A DNA stretch of 64,000 nucleotides from Bacteroidales bacterium (GCA_024762655.1 JANTHB010000005.1:403-64402); one strand, 5' to 3'. Counted from the stretch's first letter, positions 19,201 through 27,294 are shown. Numbers and translations: made by a program. The notes: generated by a model not told the origin, from the letters alone.

Positions 19201-20481
19201 ATGGAGAAAACAGGAAGCGAAGAGGTGTTAACGCCCTGTTCCGACAAGTGGAAAAGAATAGAGGATATTGATGAAGCCGGGATTTGGGAGGTAAAGCAAC
19301 ACCTGAAAGGAGATATGATCCGTTTTATTCGCGAGAGGTTCACGCGCAATGGAACCCGGCGGCATGAATCTCCGAAAAAATTGATCGAGATTAATCAGAA
19401 ACTTAACGAAAAGGCTTTGACCATTGGCTTTGCCAGACGTTTTGCTTCCTACAAAAGAGGAACGCTGCTTTTCAAGGATATCGAAAGATTGAAAAAAATC
19501 GTGAACGACACGCAACGACCGGTTCAGTTTATTTTTGCAGGGAAAGCCCATCCTCAGGATACGGAAGGGAAAAATCTGATCAAAGAGATATTCAGGATCT
19601 CCCATCTCCCTGAATTTAAGGGGAGAGTTCTTTTTCTGGAAGATTATGATATGGAACTGGCGACAAAACTGGTGCAGGGGGTGGATATCTGGATGAATAC
19701 TCCCACGCGTCCCCTGGAAGCTTCCGGTACCAGCGGAGAAAAAGCCGTTATGAACGGGACCTTGCACTTCAGCGTGCTGGACGGTTGGTGGGTGGAGGGC
19801 TATGTGAAAGGGGCCGGATGGGCTCTGCCTCAGGAAAAAACATACGAGAATCAGGACTTCCAGGACGAACTGGATGCTGAAATGATCTACAACCTGCTGG
19901 AGACAGAGATCATACCGCTCTATTATAAACGCGACGCCAACGGTGTTCCCTCCAAATGGGTGAAAGCCATCAAGAAAAACCTGCTGGAAATAGCTCCGGG
20001 ATTTACCATGCAACGGATGATCAGGGATTACTATGACAGGTATTACCTGAAAATGTTTGAAAGAAGTAAAAAACTGCAGGAGAAAAGGTTTGAGAATGCC
20101 CGGCTGATTGCTCTCTGGAAGTACGAGGTATACAGTAACATAGAAAAAATTGATGTTGTTTCCGTTCAGTTTTCCGAAGATGGCAAACAGGAATACCGGG
20201 TAGGGGAAGAATATACCGGGACCGTAGTGTTGGACCTGAAGGAGATCCTGCCGCAATGGATCGATCTGGAACTGGTCATCACCGATCTGGACAGAAACGG
20301 GAATCTGGTTCTTGCGTTCAAACAGGCCTTCGATTTTGTTAAGCAGGAGGGGTCTAAAGCGTATTATTCCATCCGGATTACCCCTACGGTTCCGGGGTAT
20401 TTCTACTATAACCTGCGTATTGTGCCGAAACATGAACTGTTACCCCACCCCCAGGATTTTAACCTGGTGAGATGGATATAA
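16258..20481 (+). CDS. Bimodular GT3 glycogen synthase (N-terminal) fused to a GT35 alpha-glucan phosphorylase (C-terminal)
   Basis: The N-terminus LFEVSWEVCNKVGGIYTVI, HEWMTG and YYEPWGYTPLES are eukaryote-type GT3 motifs. From about aa 570 come WWSWNEDA (the N-terminal extension of alpha-glucan phosphorylases), YFSMEFG, GGLGILAGD, TNGVH and LEASGTSGEKAVMNG (PLP-lysine region). It is one uninterrupted 1407-codon frame. Confidence 0.85.
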   Translation: MKPNSLFEVSWEVCNKVGGIYTVITTKVPSMVKEFGEQYFLIGPDIIKENGDRGEFIEDDTLYQAWREQATAEGLNVRMGRWNIPGTPVVLLLDFYSFIMQKDEIFKKLWEDFKLDSLSGQWDYIEPALFGYAAGRVIESFTNFNLGFQENVIAQFHEWMTGAGVLYLKSSAPHIGTAFTTHATALGRAIAGNNRKLYKNLENYNPYQVAREFGIVSKHSLESLSGQEADVFTTVSSITARECEYFLGKKVDLVTPNGFDNAIVPDRQHFGSKRKNARKALLTTAGRLHHRTYAEDTFLVAISGRYEFKNKGIDVFIKSLSRLRELKGSREMIAFILIPADHAGPRQDLLEALRNNKEFESSDTTLTHELRNKDHDAIIQLLRQKELDREKDDSIHVVFVPSYLNGDDGIFNIPYYDLLIGFDLTAFPSYYEPWGYTPLESLAFHVPTVTTTLAGFGAWVKEHFEVEHHGTHIIDRNDDNDDEVIHALAEAMALYREMKQEEMEETREEAWRISQIALWKNLVSYYQDAYNIAIEKVGERFKSLELVSQTTQAPLIMPRTLLTVPQWKPFFIDSRLPARLVVLEELAKNLWWSWNEDARNIWKFMDPVKWVECDYNPLLLLETLDYKKLLILSRDKVFLSRLDNVVEKFRNYMQEKPDASLPHIAYFSMEFGLHNALKIYSGGLGILAGDYLKEASDENKSMTGISLLYRFGYFKQVLSINGEQMESYEAEQFSKLPVTPVKDEEGNWKTVEVGFPGRTVKARIWEAKVGRVSLYLLDTDMEENQERDRSITHHLYGGDRENRLKQELLLGVGGIRALKTLGIRPDLYHSNEGHSAFIGLERINHLIHDHHLSFAEAREVVRASTLFTTHTPVPAGHDQFEESLLRTYLSHYPDRLKISWDEMMNLGRKQPGNTHEKFNMSFLAANLSGEMNGVSKLHGEVSKDIFKDLWPGFLKEELKIGYVTNGVHFKTWASGYWENFLMEKTGSEEVLTPCSDKWKRIEDIDEAGIWEVKQHLKGDMIRFIRERFTRNGTRRHESPKKLIEINQKLNEKALTIGFARRFASYKRGTLLFKDIERLKKIVNDTQRPVQFIFAGKAHPQDTEGKNLIKEIFRISHLPEFKGRVLFLEDYDMELATKLVQGVDIWMNTPTRPLEASGTSGEKAVMNGTLHFSVLDGWWVEGYVKGAGWALPQEKTYENQDFQDELDAEMIYNLLETEIIPLYYKRDANGVPSKWVKAIKKNLLEIAPGFTMQRMIRDYYDRYYLKMFERSKKLQEKRFENARLIALWKYEVYSNIEKIDVVSVQFSEDGKQEYRVGEEYTGTVVLDLKEILPQWIDLELVITDLDRNGNLVLAFKQAFDFVKQEGSKAYYSIRITPTVPGYFYYNLRIVPKHELLPHPQDFNLVRWI

Positions 20482-20548
20482 TGTTCAAAGGCTAAAGTAA
20501 TCCACCTTCGCTGAAGCTTCGGTGGACAAGGAAGGCAGAAGGAATAAA

Positions 20549-20576
20549 ATGTAGAATGTAGAATGTAGAATGTAAA
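20549..20576. repeat. 7-bp tandem repeat (ATGTAGA) x3 plus one degenerate copy
   Basis: ATGTAGA at 20549, 20556 and 20563, then ATGTAAA at 20570. Confidence 0.9.
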
Positions 20577-20593
20577 ACCGTTATATTACAATT

Positions 20594-20670
20594 GCATGAC
20601 CATTGTATGACTATCGTATGACCACTTAATTTCGTTGCGAGCTTGCGAGCAGCTAATTTCTACTTAATTA
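20594..20670. repeat. Composite repeat unit, copy 1: three 11-bp (G)TATGACYAYY repeats followed by a CACTTAATTTCGTTGCGAGCTTGCGAGCAGCTAATT..TACTTAATTA module
   Basis: ATGAC at 20596, 20607 and 20618 (exact 11-bp spacing). The following module recurs at 20836-20907. Confidence 0.9.
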
Positions 20671-20672
20671 TC

Positions 20673-20739
20673 CCTTCCTCCCGGCCCCTCGATACAGCTC
20701 TCGCTTTGCTCCAGCCACTCGGGGACCGGGCACGGAAGG
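20673..20739. repeat. GC-rich imperfect hairpin between the two composite repeat units
   Basis: CCTTCC (20673-78) pairs with GGAAGG (20734-39). The inner stem is CCGGCCCC with GGGG(A)CCGG, and the loop is ~32 nt. Confidence 0.6.
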
Positions 20740-20774
20740 CCAGGTCGGCGCAAATGCCGTTCGCGTTAGCGAAT

Positions 20775-20907
20775 GAATGACTATTGTATGACTACCGTAT
20801 GACTACCATATGACTACCGTATGACCATTGTATGACCACTTAATTTCGCTGCGAGCTTGCGAGCAGCTAATTACCGCGAGCGAAGCGAGCAAATTACTAC
20901 TTAATTA
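20775..20907. repeat. Composite repeat unit, copy 2: six 11-bp TATGACYAYY repeats followed by the same tail module with a 22-bp GCGAGC-rich insertion
   Basis: ATGAC at 20777, 20788, 20799, 20810, 20821 and 20832 (exact 11-bp spacing). This is followed by CACTTAATTTCGCTGCGAGCTTGCGAGCAGCTAATT, then ACCGCGAGCGAAGCGAGCAAAT, then TACTACTTAATTA. Confidence 0.9.
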
Positions 20908-20926
20908 CGGTTGCCGGGAAAAAGGT

Positions 20927-22945
20927 TTACCGGACGGGCTTAGGCAGTTTCCGTTTAAAAACCAGTCCGGTGCGGGCCGGCAGGTACAGTTTTATAAAAA
21001 AGGGGTCGGAAGAGTACCATTTGCCATACTTTATCGCCGGATACAGCAGGGTCTCGTCAATCCTGCCCTGGCCTCCGTAGGCCGGCGCATCGGTGTTGAG
21101 GACAATACGGTAATTGCCGCTTCCTACCGGTATTCCGTAGTCGGTGAAGGAACGAACGGGATTGAAATTAAAGACGAATAATAAGTCCATCCTGGAGAAC
21201 GCCACAACCTGGTCGACTTCATTGGCCGAGATAAAGAAAGGGGAGAGTACATCATAGATATGTTCTTTTCTCAGGAGCATAATCATATCTCTGTCGAAAG
21301 CTCCCAGTTCGCAGTAATGAAGATGCTCATCGTACACCAGATGCCATTGGCGGCGGGCATATTTGTAAGACCAGTTGTTCCCTTCACGGGGGAAGTCAAT
21401 CCATTCGGGGTGGCCGAACTCATTGCCCATGAAATTCAGGTATCCCCCGCCGGCTGTGGCTGCCGTAATCAAACGAATCATTTTATGCAGGGCGATCCCC
21501 CGGTCGACCACAATATTCCGGTCTTCTTTGGACATGTGGAAATACATCTCTTTGTCCATCAGACGGAAGGCGATGGTCTTGTCTCCTACCAGCGCCTGGT
21601 CATGGGATTCGGCATATCCGATGGTTTTTTCATCTTCCCGGTGATTGCTTAGTTCATGATACATCTCATTTACATTCCATTGCTCATCCGGATATTCCTT
21701 GATCAGCTTGATCCAGTAATCCGGAACGCCCATCGCCAGCCGGTAATCAAATCCGAAACCTCCGTCCTGGTTGGAAACAGCCAGTCCCGGCATGCCACTC
21801 ATCTCTTCGGCAACGGTAAGGGATTGCGGATTGATACGGTGTATTAACTCGTTGGCAAGCGTAAGGTAAATAATGGCGTCTTCATCCTGTTCCCCGTTGT
21901 AGTAGTTATCGTAAGAGGTAAAATCCCTGCCCAGACCATGATCCGAATACAGCATGGAAGTGACACCGTCGAAACGGAATCCGTCGAAATGATATTCTTC
22001 CAGCCAATACCGGCAGTTGGAGAGCAGGAAGTGCAGCACTTCATGTTTCCCGTAATTAAAACAAAGAGAGTTCCAGGCGGGATGTTGGCCCCGGGGTCCA
22101 GGATGAAAGTACTGCTCACGGGTCCCGTCGAAGAGCGCCAGCCCTTCCACTTCATTGCGTACGGCATGGGAGTGAACAATGTCCATGATGACCCGTATGC
22201 CGTTCTCGTGGGCAGTGTCAATCAGCGATTTGAGCTCGTCCGGTGTGCCGAAACGGGAAGAAGCCGCAAAAAAACTGGATACATGATATCCGAAAGAGCC
22301 ATAATACGGGTGCTCCTGAATGGCCATGAGCTGAATGGTATTGTACCCGGCTTTGATAATATAGGGAAGGAGGTGATCCCTGAATTCGGCATAGGAAGCC
22401 ACCTTCTCTTCTTCACTGCTCATGCCGATATGCGCTTCATAGATAAAAGGAGCTTTCTCGGCAGGCCTGAAGTTTTTTACTTTGAAGAGATAAGGATCGG
22501 AAGGATCCCAGACCTGGGCATTGAAAAGTTTGGTGTTTTCATCCTGTACCACCCTGGTGGCATAAGAGGGGATTCGTTCTCCCTGACCCCCTTCCCAGTG
22601 AACGGAGAGGTGATACAGATCTCCATGATGAAGCTTATCCAAAGGAATGCGAAACTCCCACACCCCGTTTTTTTGAGCACGCAGAGAAAAATTTTCGGAC
22701 TCTTTCCACCCGGATGATTCGCACAGAAAATAAATCCTTGAAGCATTGGGTGCCCATTCCCTGAAAACCCAGTATTTTTTTTTCTTGTGCAGGCCAAAAT
22801 AATGATGCCCTTGTGCAAAGTCAACCAGACTTTTCGGACCGGTCAGTTCCTCTCTGACCAAATGGTATTTTTTTTGACGGCCCGCAATAACCTCAGCGTA
22901 GGGCTGTAACCAGGGATCCTTTTTCACATATTCGGGTAGGTTCAT
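20927..22945 (-). CDS. glgB: 1,4-alpha-glucan branching enzyme (GH13, eukaryote-like subfamily)
   Basis: 672 aa with the GH13 conserved regions DIVHSH, GFRFDGVTSM, AEEMSG and YAESHDQ, plus an N-terminal CBM48-like region. Confidence 0.85.
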   Translation of the reverse strand: MNLPEYVKKDPWLQPYAEVIAGRQKKYHLVREELTGPKSLVDFAQGHHYFGLHKKKKYWVFREWAPNASRIYFLCESSGWKESENFSLRAQKNGVWEFRIPLDKLHHGDLYHLSVHWEGGQGERIPSYATRVVQDENTKLFNAQVWDPSDPYLFKVKNFRPAEKAPFIYEAHIGMSSEEEKVASYAEFRDHLLPYIIKAGYNTIQLMAIQEHPYYGSFGYHVSSFFAASSRFGTPDELKSLIDTAHENGIRVIMDIVHSHAVRNEVEGLALFDGTREQYFHPGPRGQHPAWNSLCFNYGKHEVLHFLLSNCRYWLEEYHFDGFRFDGVTSMLYSDHGLGRDFTSYDNYYNGEQDEDAIIYLTLANELIHRINPQSLTVAEEMSGMPGLAVSNQDGGFGFDYRLAMGVPDYWIKLIKEYPDEQWNVNEMYHELSNHREDEKTIGYAESHDQALVGDKTIAFRLMDKEMYFHMSKEDRNIVVDRGIALHKMIRLITAATAGGGYLNFMGNEFGHPEWIDFPREGNNWSYKYARRQWHLVYDEHLHYCELGAFDRDMIMLLRKEHIYDVLSPFFISANEVDQVVAFSRMDLLFVFNFNPVRSFTDYGIPVGSGNYRIVLNTDAPAYGGQGRIDETLLYPAIKYGKWYSSDPFFIKLYLPARTGLVFKRKLPKPVR

Positions 22946-23058
22946 AAGGCAGACTTATCAGAAGTTATACGAAGTTAACAAAAAAAATGAGCTTATCCGG
23001 TTTCATCCTGATAAAACGCTTTTACAGGGAAGACAGGCATAACATACACATCTTTTTT

Positions 23059-23066
23059 TAACTTTG
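23059..23066 (+). promoter_or_regulatory. -7 promoter box TAACTTTG upstream of ribF
   Basis: Exact TAnnTTTG match 23 nt upstream of the ATG at 23089. Confidence 0.55.
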
Positions 23067-23088
23067 CAGCTAAAACAGTAATGCCGGC

Positions 23089-24027
23089 ATGAACGTTTAT
23101 TATTCTCTTGAGCAGTTGAAAATAAAAAATCCGGTGGTGAGCCTCGGGATCTTCGACGGGGTGCACCTGGGACACCGGCATCTCTTTGACAGGATGAAGA
23201 AAATAGCCGCCGGCAGCGGGGGAGAAACGGTGATCCTGACGTTCTGGCCTCATCCCAGGTTTGTACTGAATCATCAGACGGAAAAACTGAAATATCTTTC
23301 TACCCTGAAAGGAAAGCAGGAGCTATTGGAAGCCTGCGGGATAGATCATATGATTATTCTTCCTTTTTCCGAGGATATCCGGAACCTGTCTGCCTGTGAA
23401 TTTGTGGAAAAGATCCTGGTAGAGACCTTGCATGTTCACACCCTGGTTATGGGATTTAATCATGTTTTCGGAAAAAACAGGGAAGGAAATTTTGAGAAAA
23501 TCAAAGAATGTGCAGGGAAGCTGGGTTTTAAGGTTGTGAGGGTGGAAGCGATGAAGATAGAGGGCCGGGAAGTGAGCTCATCCTTGATACGGGAAGTTCT
23601 GTGGTCCGGGGATGTGCGTCATGCCGAGAAGTTGCTCGGTTATCCTTATTTTATCTTCGGACGGATTGTGGGAGGTAAAAGGATCGGCCGCAGTCTGGGT
23701 TTCCCTACGGCCAATATCCGTCCGGATGATGAGCACAAGCTGATTCCCGGCGACGGGGTCTATGCGGTGCAGGTCTTCCTTTCGGGGCGACCCTATGGCG
23801 GAATGCTGAATATAGGAATACGCCCTACCGTCAATCATGGCGTGCAGGATAAAACCATCGAAGTGCATATTTTCGATTTTCACGGAGATCTCTACGGCCA
23901 GGATGTAACCGTGACCTTCGTCGACCGTATCCGCGACGAACAAAAATTTGAAGGAGTGGAAGAACTGGCACGGCAACTGGAAAAGGATAAACAGATTGCC
24001 ATGAAGTTGCTGCAGGACAAAAAATAA
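23089..24027 (+). CDS. ribF: Bifunctional riboflavin kinase / FAD synthetase
   Basis: [13 protein letters not shown] (nucleotidyltransferase HxGH), and the C-terminal riboflavin kinase region GFPTANI...GMLNIG.RPT. Confidence 0.9.
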   Translation: MNVYYSLEQLKIKNPVVSLGIFDGVHLGHRHLFDRMKKIAAGSGGETVILTFWPHPRFVLNHQTEKLKYLSTLKGKQELLEACGIDHMIILPFSEDIRNLSACEFVEKILVETLHVHTLVMGFNHVFGKNREGNFEKIKECAGKLGFKVVRVEAMKIEGREVSSSLIREVLWSGDVRHAEKLLGYPYFIFGRIVGGKRIGRSLGFPTANIRPDDEHKLIPGDGVYAVQVFLSGRPYGGMLNIGIRPTVNHGVQDKTIEVHIFDFHGDLYGQDVTVTFVDRIRDEQKFEGVEELARQLEKDKQIAMKLLQDKK

Positions 24028-24030
24028 TAT

Positions 24031-24038
24031 TACTTTTG
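24031..24038 (+). promoter_or_regulatory. -7 promoter box TACTTTTG upstream of ahcY
   Basis: Exact TAnnTTTG match just after the ribF stop and 27 nt upstream of the ATG at 24065. Confidence 0.5.
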
Positions 24039-24064
24039 CACCACAAATAAAAACAGATAATCAA

Positions 24065-25489
24065 ATGAACATTACAGATTCTATTGTATCAACGTTACCT
24101 TATAAGATAAAAGATATTTCCCTGGCTTCTTTTGGCCGGAAAGAAATTGAACTGGCAGAAAAGGAAATGCCCGGACTGATGGCCGTGCGTGAGAAATATG
24201 CTGCCGAAAAGCCCCTGAAAGGAGCCCGTATTACCGGATCTCTCCACATGACCATTCAAACGGCCGTGCTGATAGAGACCCTGGTGGAACTGGGGGCGGA
24301 TGTACGATGGGCCAGTTGTAACATTTTCTCTACACAGGATCATGCTGCAGCAGCGATCGCTGAAAAGGGGATCCCTGTCTTTGCCTGGAAAGGAGAGTCT
24401 CTGGAGGAATACTGGTGGAGCACCACGCAGGCCCTTTCTTTCCCGGACGGTAAAGGTCCTAACCTGGTGGTGGACGATGGCGGAGATGCTACCCTGATCA
24501 TACACAAAGGCTATAAAATCGAAGAAAATCCCGACTTGCTGAATGAAAAACCTTCCAACAGGGAAGAACAGATCATCCTGAATACCCTGCGGAGGATCTA
24601 TGAAGAAGACCCTACCAAATGGCACCGCCTGGTAGCTGAATGGAAAGGGGTTTCCGAAGAGACAACTACCGGCGTGCACCGGCTGTATCAGATGCAGGAA
24701 AAAAATGAACTGCTGGTGCCGGCCATTAATGTGAATGATTCTGTGACCAAGTCGAAGTTTGACAATCTGTACGGTTGCCGGGAATCCCTGGCCGACGGGA
24801 TCAAACGTGCTACCGATATCATGCTTGCCGGCAAGGTGGTGGTCGTATGCGGATATGGCGACGTGGGGAAAGGTTCGGCTCATTCGATGCGGAATTTCGG
24901 AGCCCGTGTGATCGTTACCGAGATTGACCCGATCTGTGCCCTACAGGCTGCCATGGAAGGATTTGAGGTGAGAACGGTCGAAGAAGCCCTGGAAATCGGA
25001 AACATCTATGTTACAGCTACCGGAAACAGGGACGTGATCACCATTGACCATATGGCCCAAATGAAAGACCAGGCTATTGTCTGTAATATTGGCCATTTTG
25101 ACAACGAGATACAGGTGGATGAACTGGAGAATTTCCCGGGCATTAAAAAAGTCAATATCAAACCGCAGGTAGATCAATATATCTTTCCGGACGGACACTC
25201 CATTATCCTTTTGGCCGAAGGACGCCTGGTAAACCTGGGTTGTGCCACCGGTCATCCCTCTTTTGTGATGAGCAACTCTTTCTCTAATCAGACACTGGCA
25301 CAGATAGAACTGTGGAAAAGAGATTATAAAACCGGCGTTTACCGCCTGCCCAAGCACCTGGATGAAGAGGTGGCAAGATTACACCTGCCTCAACTGGGGG
25401 TGCATCTTACCAAGATGACGAAAGAACAGGCCGATTATATCGGAGTTCCACAGGAAGGTCCCTACAAGCCCGAACATTACAGGTATTAA
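24065..25489 (+). CDS. ahcY: Adenosylhomocysteinase
   Basis: [46 protein letters not shown] (NAD fold), and a C-terminal KPEHYRY. Confidence 0.95.
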   Translation: MNITDSIVSTLPYKIKDISLASFGRKEIELAEKEMPGLMAVREKYAAEKPLKGARITGSLHMTIQTAVLIETLVELGADVRWASCNIFSTQDHAAAAIAEKGIPVFAWKGESLEEYWWSTTQALSFPDGKGPNLVVDDGGDATLIIHKGYKIEENPDLLNEKPSNREEQIILNTLRRIYEEDPTKWHRLVAEWKGVSEETTTGVHRLYQMQEKNELLVPAINVNDSVTKSKFDNLYGCRESLADGIKRATDIMLAGKVVVVCGYGDVGKGSAHSMRNFGARVIVTEIDPICALQAAMEGFEVRTVEEALEIGNIYVTATGNRDVITIDHMAQMKDQAIVCNIGHFDNEIQVDELENFPGIKKVNIKPQVDQYIFPDGHSIILLAEGRLVNLGCATGHPSFVMSNSFSNQTLAQIELWKRDYKTGVYRLPKHLDEEVARLHLPQLGVHLTKMTKEQADYIGVPQEGPYKPEHYRY

Positions 25490-25603
25490 AAATTAAAGAT
25501 TACAGGGAAACCACGCGTGGCTTTAAGGGTTTCGGAAATTTGCATTCCATTCCATATCCGAACCGGTCGTTACCTGGAGAAATGATAAAGCGAACAAGGC
25601 AGA

Positions 25604-25652
25604 AAATAAATATTTAAATAAATAATTAAATATTTATTTAAATACATATATT
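25604..25652. repeat. AT-only palindrome between convergent genes; shares a 19-mer with the one at 45229-45263
   Basis: AAATAAATATTTAA (25604-17) pairs with TTAAATATTTATTT (25626-39). TTAAATATTTATTTAAATA (25626-44) is identical to 45241-45259. Confidence 0.7.
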
Positions 25653-25752
25653 TTTAATCCGGGTATGTAAAATACCGCATATCCCGGTATTGAGTTCACC
25701 TGCCTGCAGGAACCATAGACCGGGAGCCAAGAACCATAAACGCGGAACTGAT

Positions 25753-26238
25753 TTAGTTGTACACATGTACGAACCTTCCGTCGAAGGAGGTTTTGTATTG
25801 TTTCAGGGGGTAGCGGGCCGGCCCTTTATCGGTCGGGTAACCGTAACTTGGCAGGACATATTCGGAATGGCATGCGGGACATTCGGCAGTTACATCTCCC
25901 GTATTATCGATCACTACCGCCTGATCTTTGGCTTCTTCAAAGGTACAGGTGCGGTCAAAAGCATAAAACTCACTCTCGGAAGCCCGATACACCAGTATAC
26001 CGTGGTTGTTGTATCCGGCTGACTGGCTCCCTGCATAACTGCTGGTAATGACCACGGTATTTCCAATGGCTTTCAGATCGTTGAACATCGGATCGTTAAG
26101 ATCAAGAGTGAAATTGACAAACACATCCGGAATGATATTGTTATTCTTGTTTTTGCAACCCGAAAGGAAAAGAAAGGGAATAGCGGTTAAGAAAAAAATA
26201 ATTACCTTTGAATGAAGGATACGGACTATTTTATGCAT
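25753..26238 (-). CDS. Hypothetical lipoprotein, degenerate Rieske-like fold with a CPACH motif
   Basis: Lipobox FLFLSGCKNK. The C-terminal half (FYAFDRTCTF...AECPACHSEY) resembles the Rieske boxes but lacks the first-box His. Confidence 0.5.
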   Translation of the reverse strand: MHKIVRILHSKVIIFFLTAIPFLFLSGCKNKNNNIIPDVFVNFTLDLNDPMFNDLKAIGNTVVITSSYAGSQSAGYNNHGILVYRASESEFYAFDRTCTFEEAKDQAVVIDNTGDVTAECPACHSEYVLPSYGYPTDKGPARYPLKQYKTSFDGRFVHVYN

Positions 26239-26271
26239 GAGGAGACCCCTTTAATTTAGAACGCAAAACTA

Positions 26272-26658
26272 ATGAAATTTCGTGTAAATAAATGGATTTT
26301 GCTGGGATTGCTGATGCTGATCCCGGTGGCTGCACCGGCCCAGAAAACAAAACATAGTTTGTTTGGGAAAAAGAAAACGGTAGCTACTACCGGGCCTGTT
26401 GCCAAAAAGGGTAAAAAACAAAAAGATGGGGAAAAAGTAAAAGAGAAGCAGAAGAAGGCCTATGAGAAAGCCCGCAAGAAAGAAGTAAAACGCCGTTTTA
26501 ATATGCAGACCAAAGAGACTCAGGCCCGTATGAAGCAGACAAAAAAGGAGGCGAATCAGTTTAATAAAGGAAAGCAAGATTCTTTTTTTGTAAAGCTCTT
26601 TTCGGGAAAAGGAAAAAAGAAAAAAAAACATAAGAAACCTAAAAAAAATAAGTCATGA
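26272..26658 (+). CDS. Hypothetical secreted, extremely Lys-rich protein
   Basis: A signal peptide (MKFRVNKWILLGLLMLIPVAAPAQ) is followed by ~100 aa dominated by K/E/Q/G. The stop overlaps the next start (ATGA). Confidence 0.5.
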   Translation: MKFRVNKWILLGLLMLIPVAAPAQKTKHSLFGKKKTVATTGPVAKKGKKQKDGEKVKEKQKKAYEKARKKEVKRRFNMQTKETQARMKQTKKEANQFNKGKQDSFFVKLFSGKGKKKKKHKKPKKNKS

Positions 26659-27203
26659 ATGATAAATGGGGTACCTTAATATATCTTATTATTCTGGCAG
26701 TTATCGGCGTGGCCGGGGCCTTAAAGAAGAAGCGGCAACAGCAGGGGGATAACGTATCTTCCGGGAAAAAAGAAACTGCATCTGTTTTTGAAAAACTCAT
26801 TACGGGAACCGGTATTACGGATGTGTTGCCGGAGGAGGAGAAAAAACCGGACATGATGAATCCTCAGGTTCTGGCGAGAGAACCGGACATGACAGAAGAG
26901 ATGGAGGAGGTCGAAAGGGAGATGAAGTACGGATCTGAACCTGCAAAAAAGGAAATACCTGTAAAAGAAGGAGAAAGTTTTAGCTGGAATACGGAGGGGT
27001 ATTTTTTGTCCCCTGAACAAGAGGGGGTCACTGTCTTTAATCAAATGGATAAAAAAAATGATACGGCTTATGCCACGCAAAGGCCTAACGATAGCAATTA
27101 TGAACAAGAGGAAAAGACATCCTTTCTGGATGAGATCATGGAAGATTTTGATCCTGTAAAAGCGATTATATATTCTGAGATATTGGATCGTAAATATTTC
27201 TGA
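26655..27203 (+). CDS. Hypothetical N-terminally membrane-anchored acidic protein
   Basis: Single TM segment (GTLIYLIILAVIGVAGAL) followed by an E/D-rich soluble region. Translationally coupled to the upstream basic protein. Confidence 0.5.
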   Translation: MNDKWGTLIYLIILAVIGVAGALKKKRQQQGDNVSSGKKETASVFEKLITGTGITDVLPEEEKKPDMMNPQVLAREPDMTEEMEEVEREMKYGSEPAKKEIPVKEGESFSWNTEGYFLSPEQEGVTVFNQMDKKNDTAYATQRPNDSNYEQEEKTSFLDEIMEDFDPVKAIIYSEILDRKYF

Positions 27204-27234
27204 TACAAATTTTTAATAATCAAAAAAAAGTTTT

Positions 27235-27242
27235 TATCTTTG
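27235..27242 (+). promoter_or_regulatory. -7 promoter box TATCTTTG, 266 nt upstream of greA
   Basis: This is the only exact TAnnTTTG match in the 27204-27507 gap. Confidence 0.4.
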
Positions 27243-27294
27243 TGACGCAGGAAAAAATTTTATGGCTTTAGAAACATAAAGAGTTCCAGGAAAC

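Noticed and set aside
19228-20433. Many long antisense ORFs in the six-frame track. Examples are 19228-20433 (401 aa), 58901-60040 (379 aa), 38344-39399 (351 aa), 24095-24883, 29223-30011, 27522-28277, 15021-15764 and 32807-33544.
   Set aside because: Each lies entirely opposite a gene with unmistakable family motifs (phosphorylase, RecQ, GH97, AhcY, S41, GreA/HIT, GH57, L21). Their translations are low-complexity (rich in F/I/H/R/P/G) with no recognisable domains. They are typical shadow ORFs.
20594-20842. Possible CRISPR array, because of the regularly spaced short repeats.
   Set aside because: The repeats are 11 bp and contiguous, with no unique spacers. No cas genes are nearby. This is tandem-repeat (VNTR-like) DNA, not CRISPR.
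20828-21181. 117-aa plus-strand ORF starting inside the tandem repeats and running antisense into glgB.
   Set aside because: Its N-terminus is a translation of the repeat module (MYDHLISLRACEQLITASEAS), and the rest is antisense to a well-supported GH13 gene.
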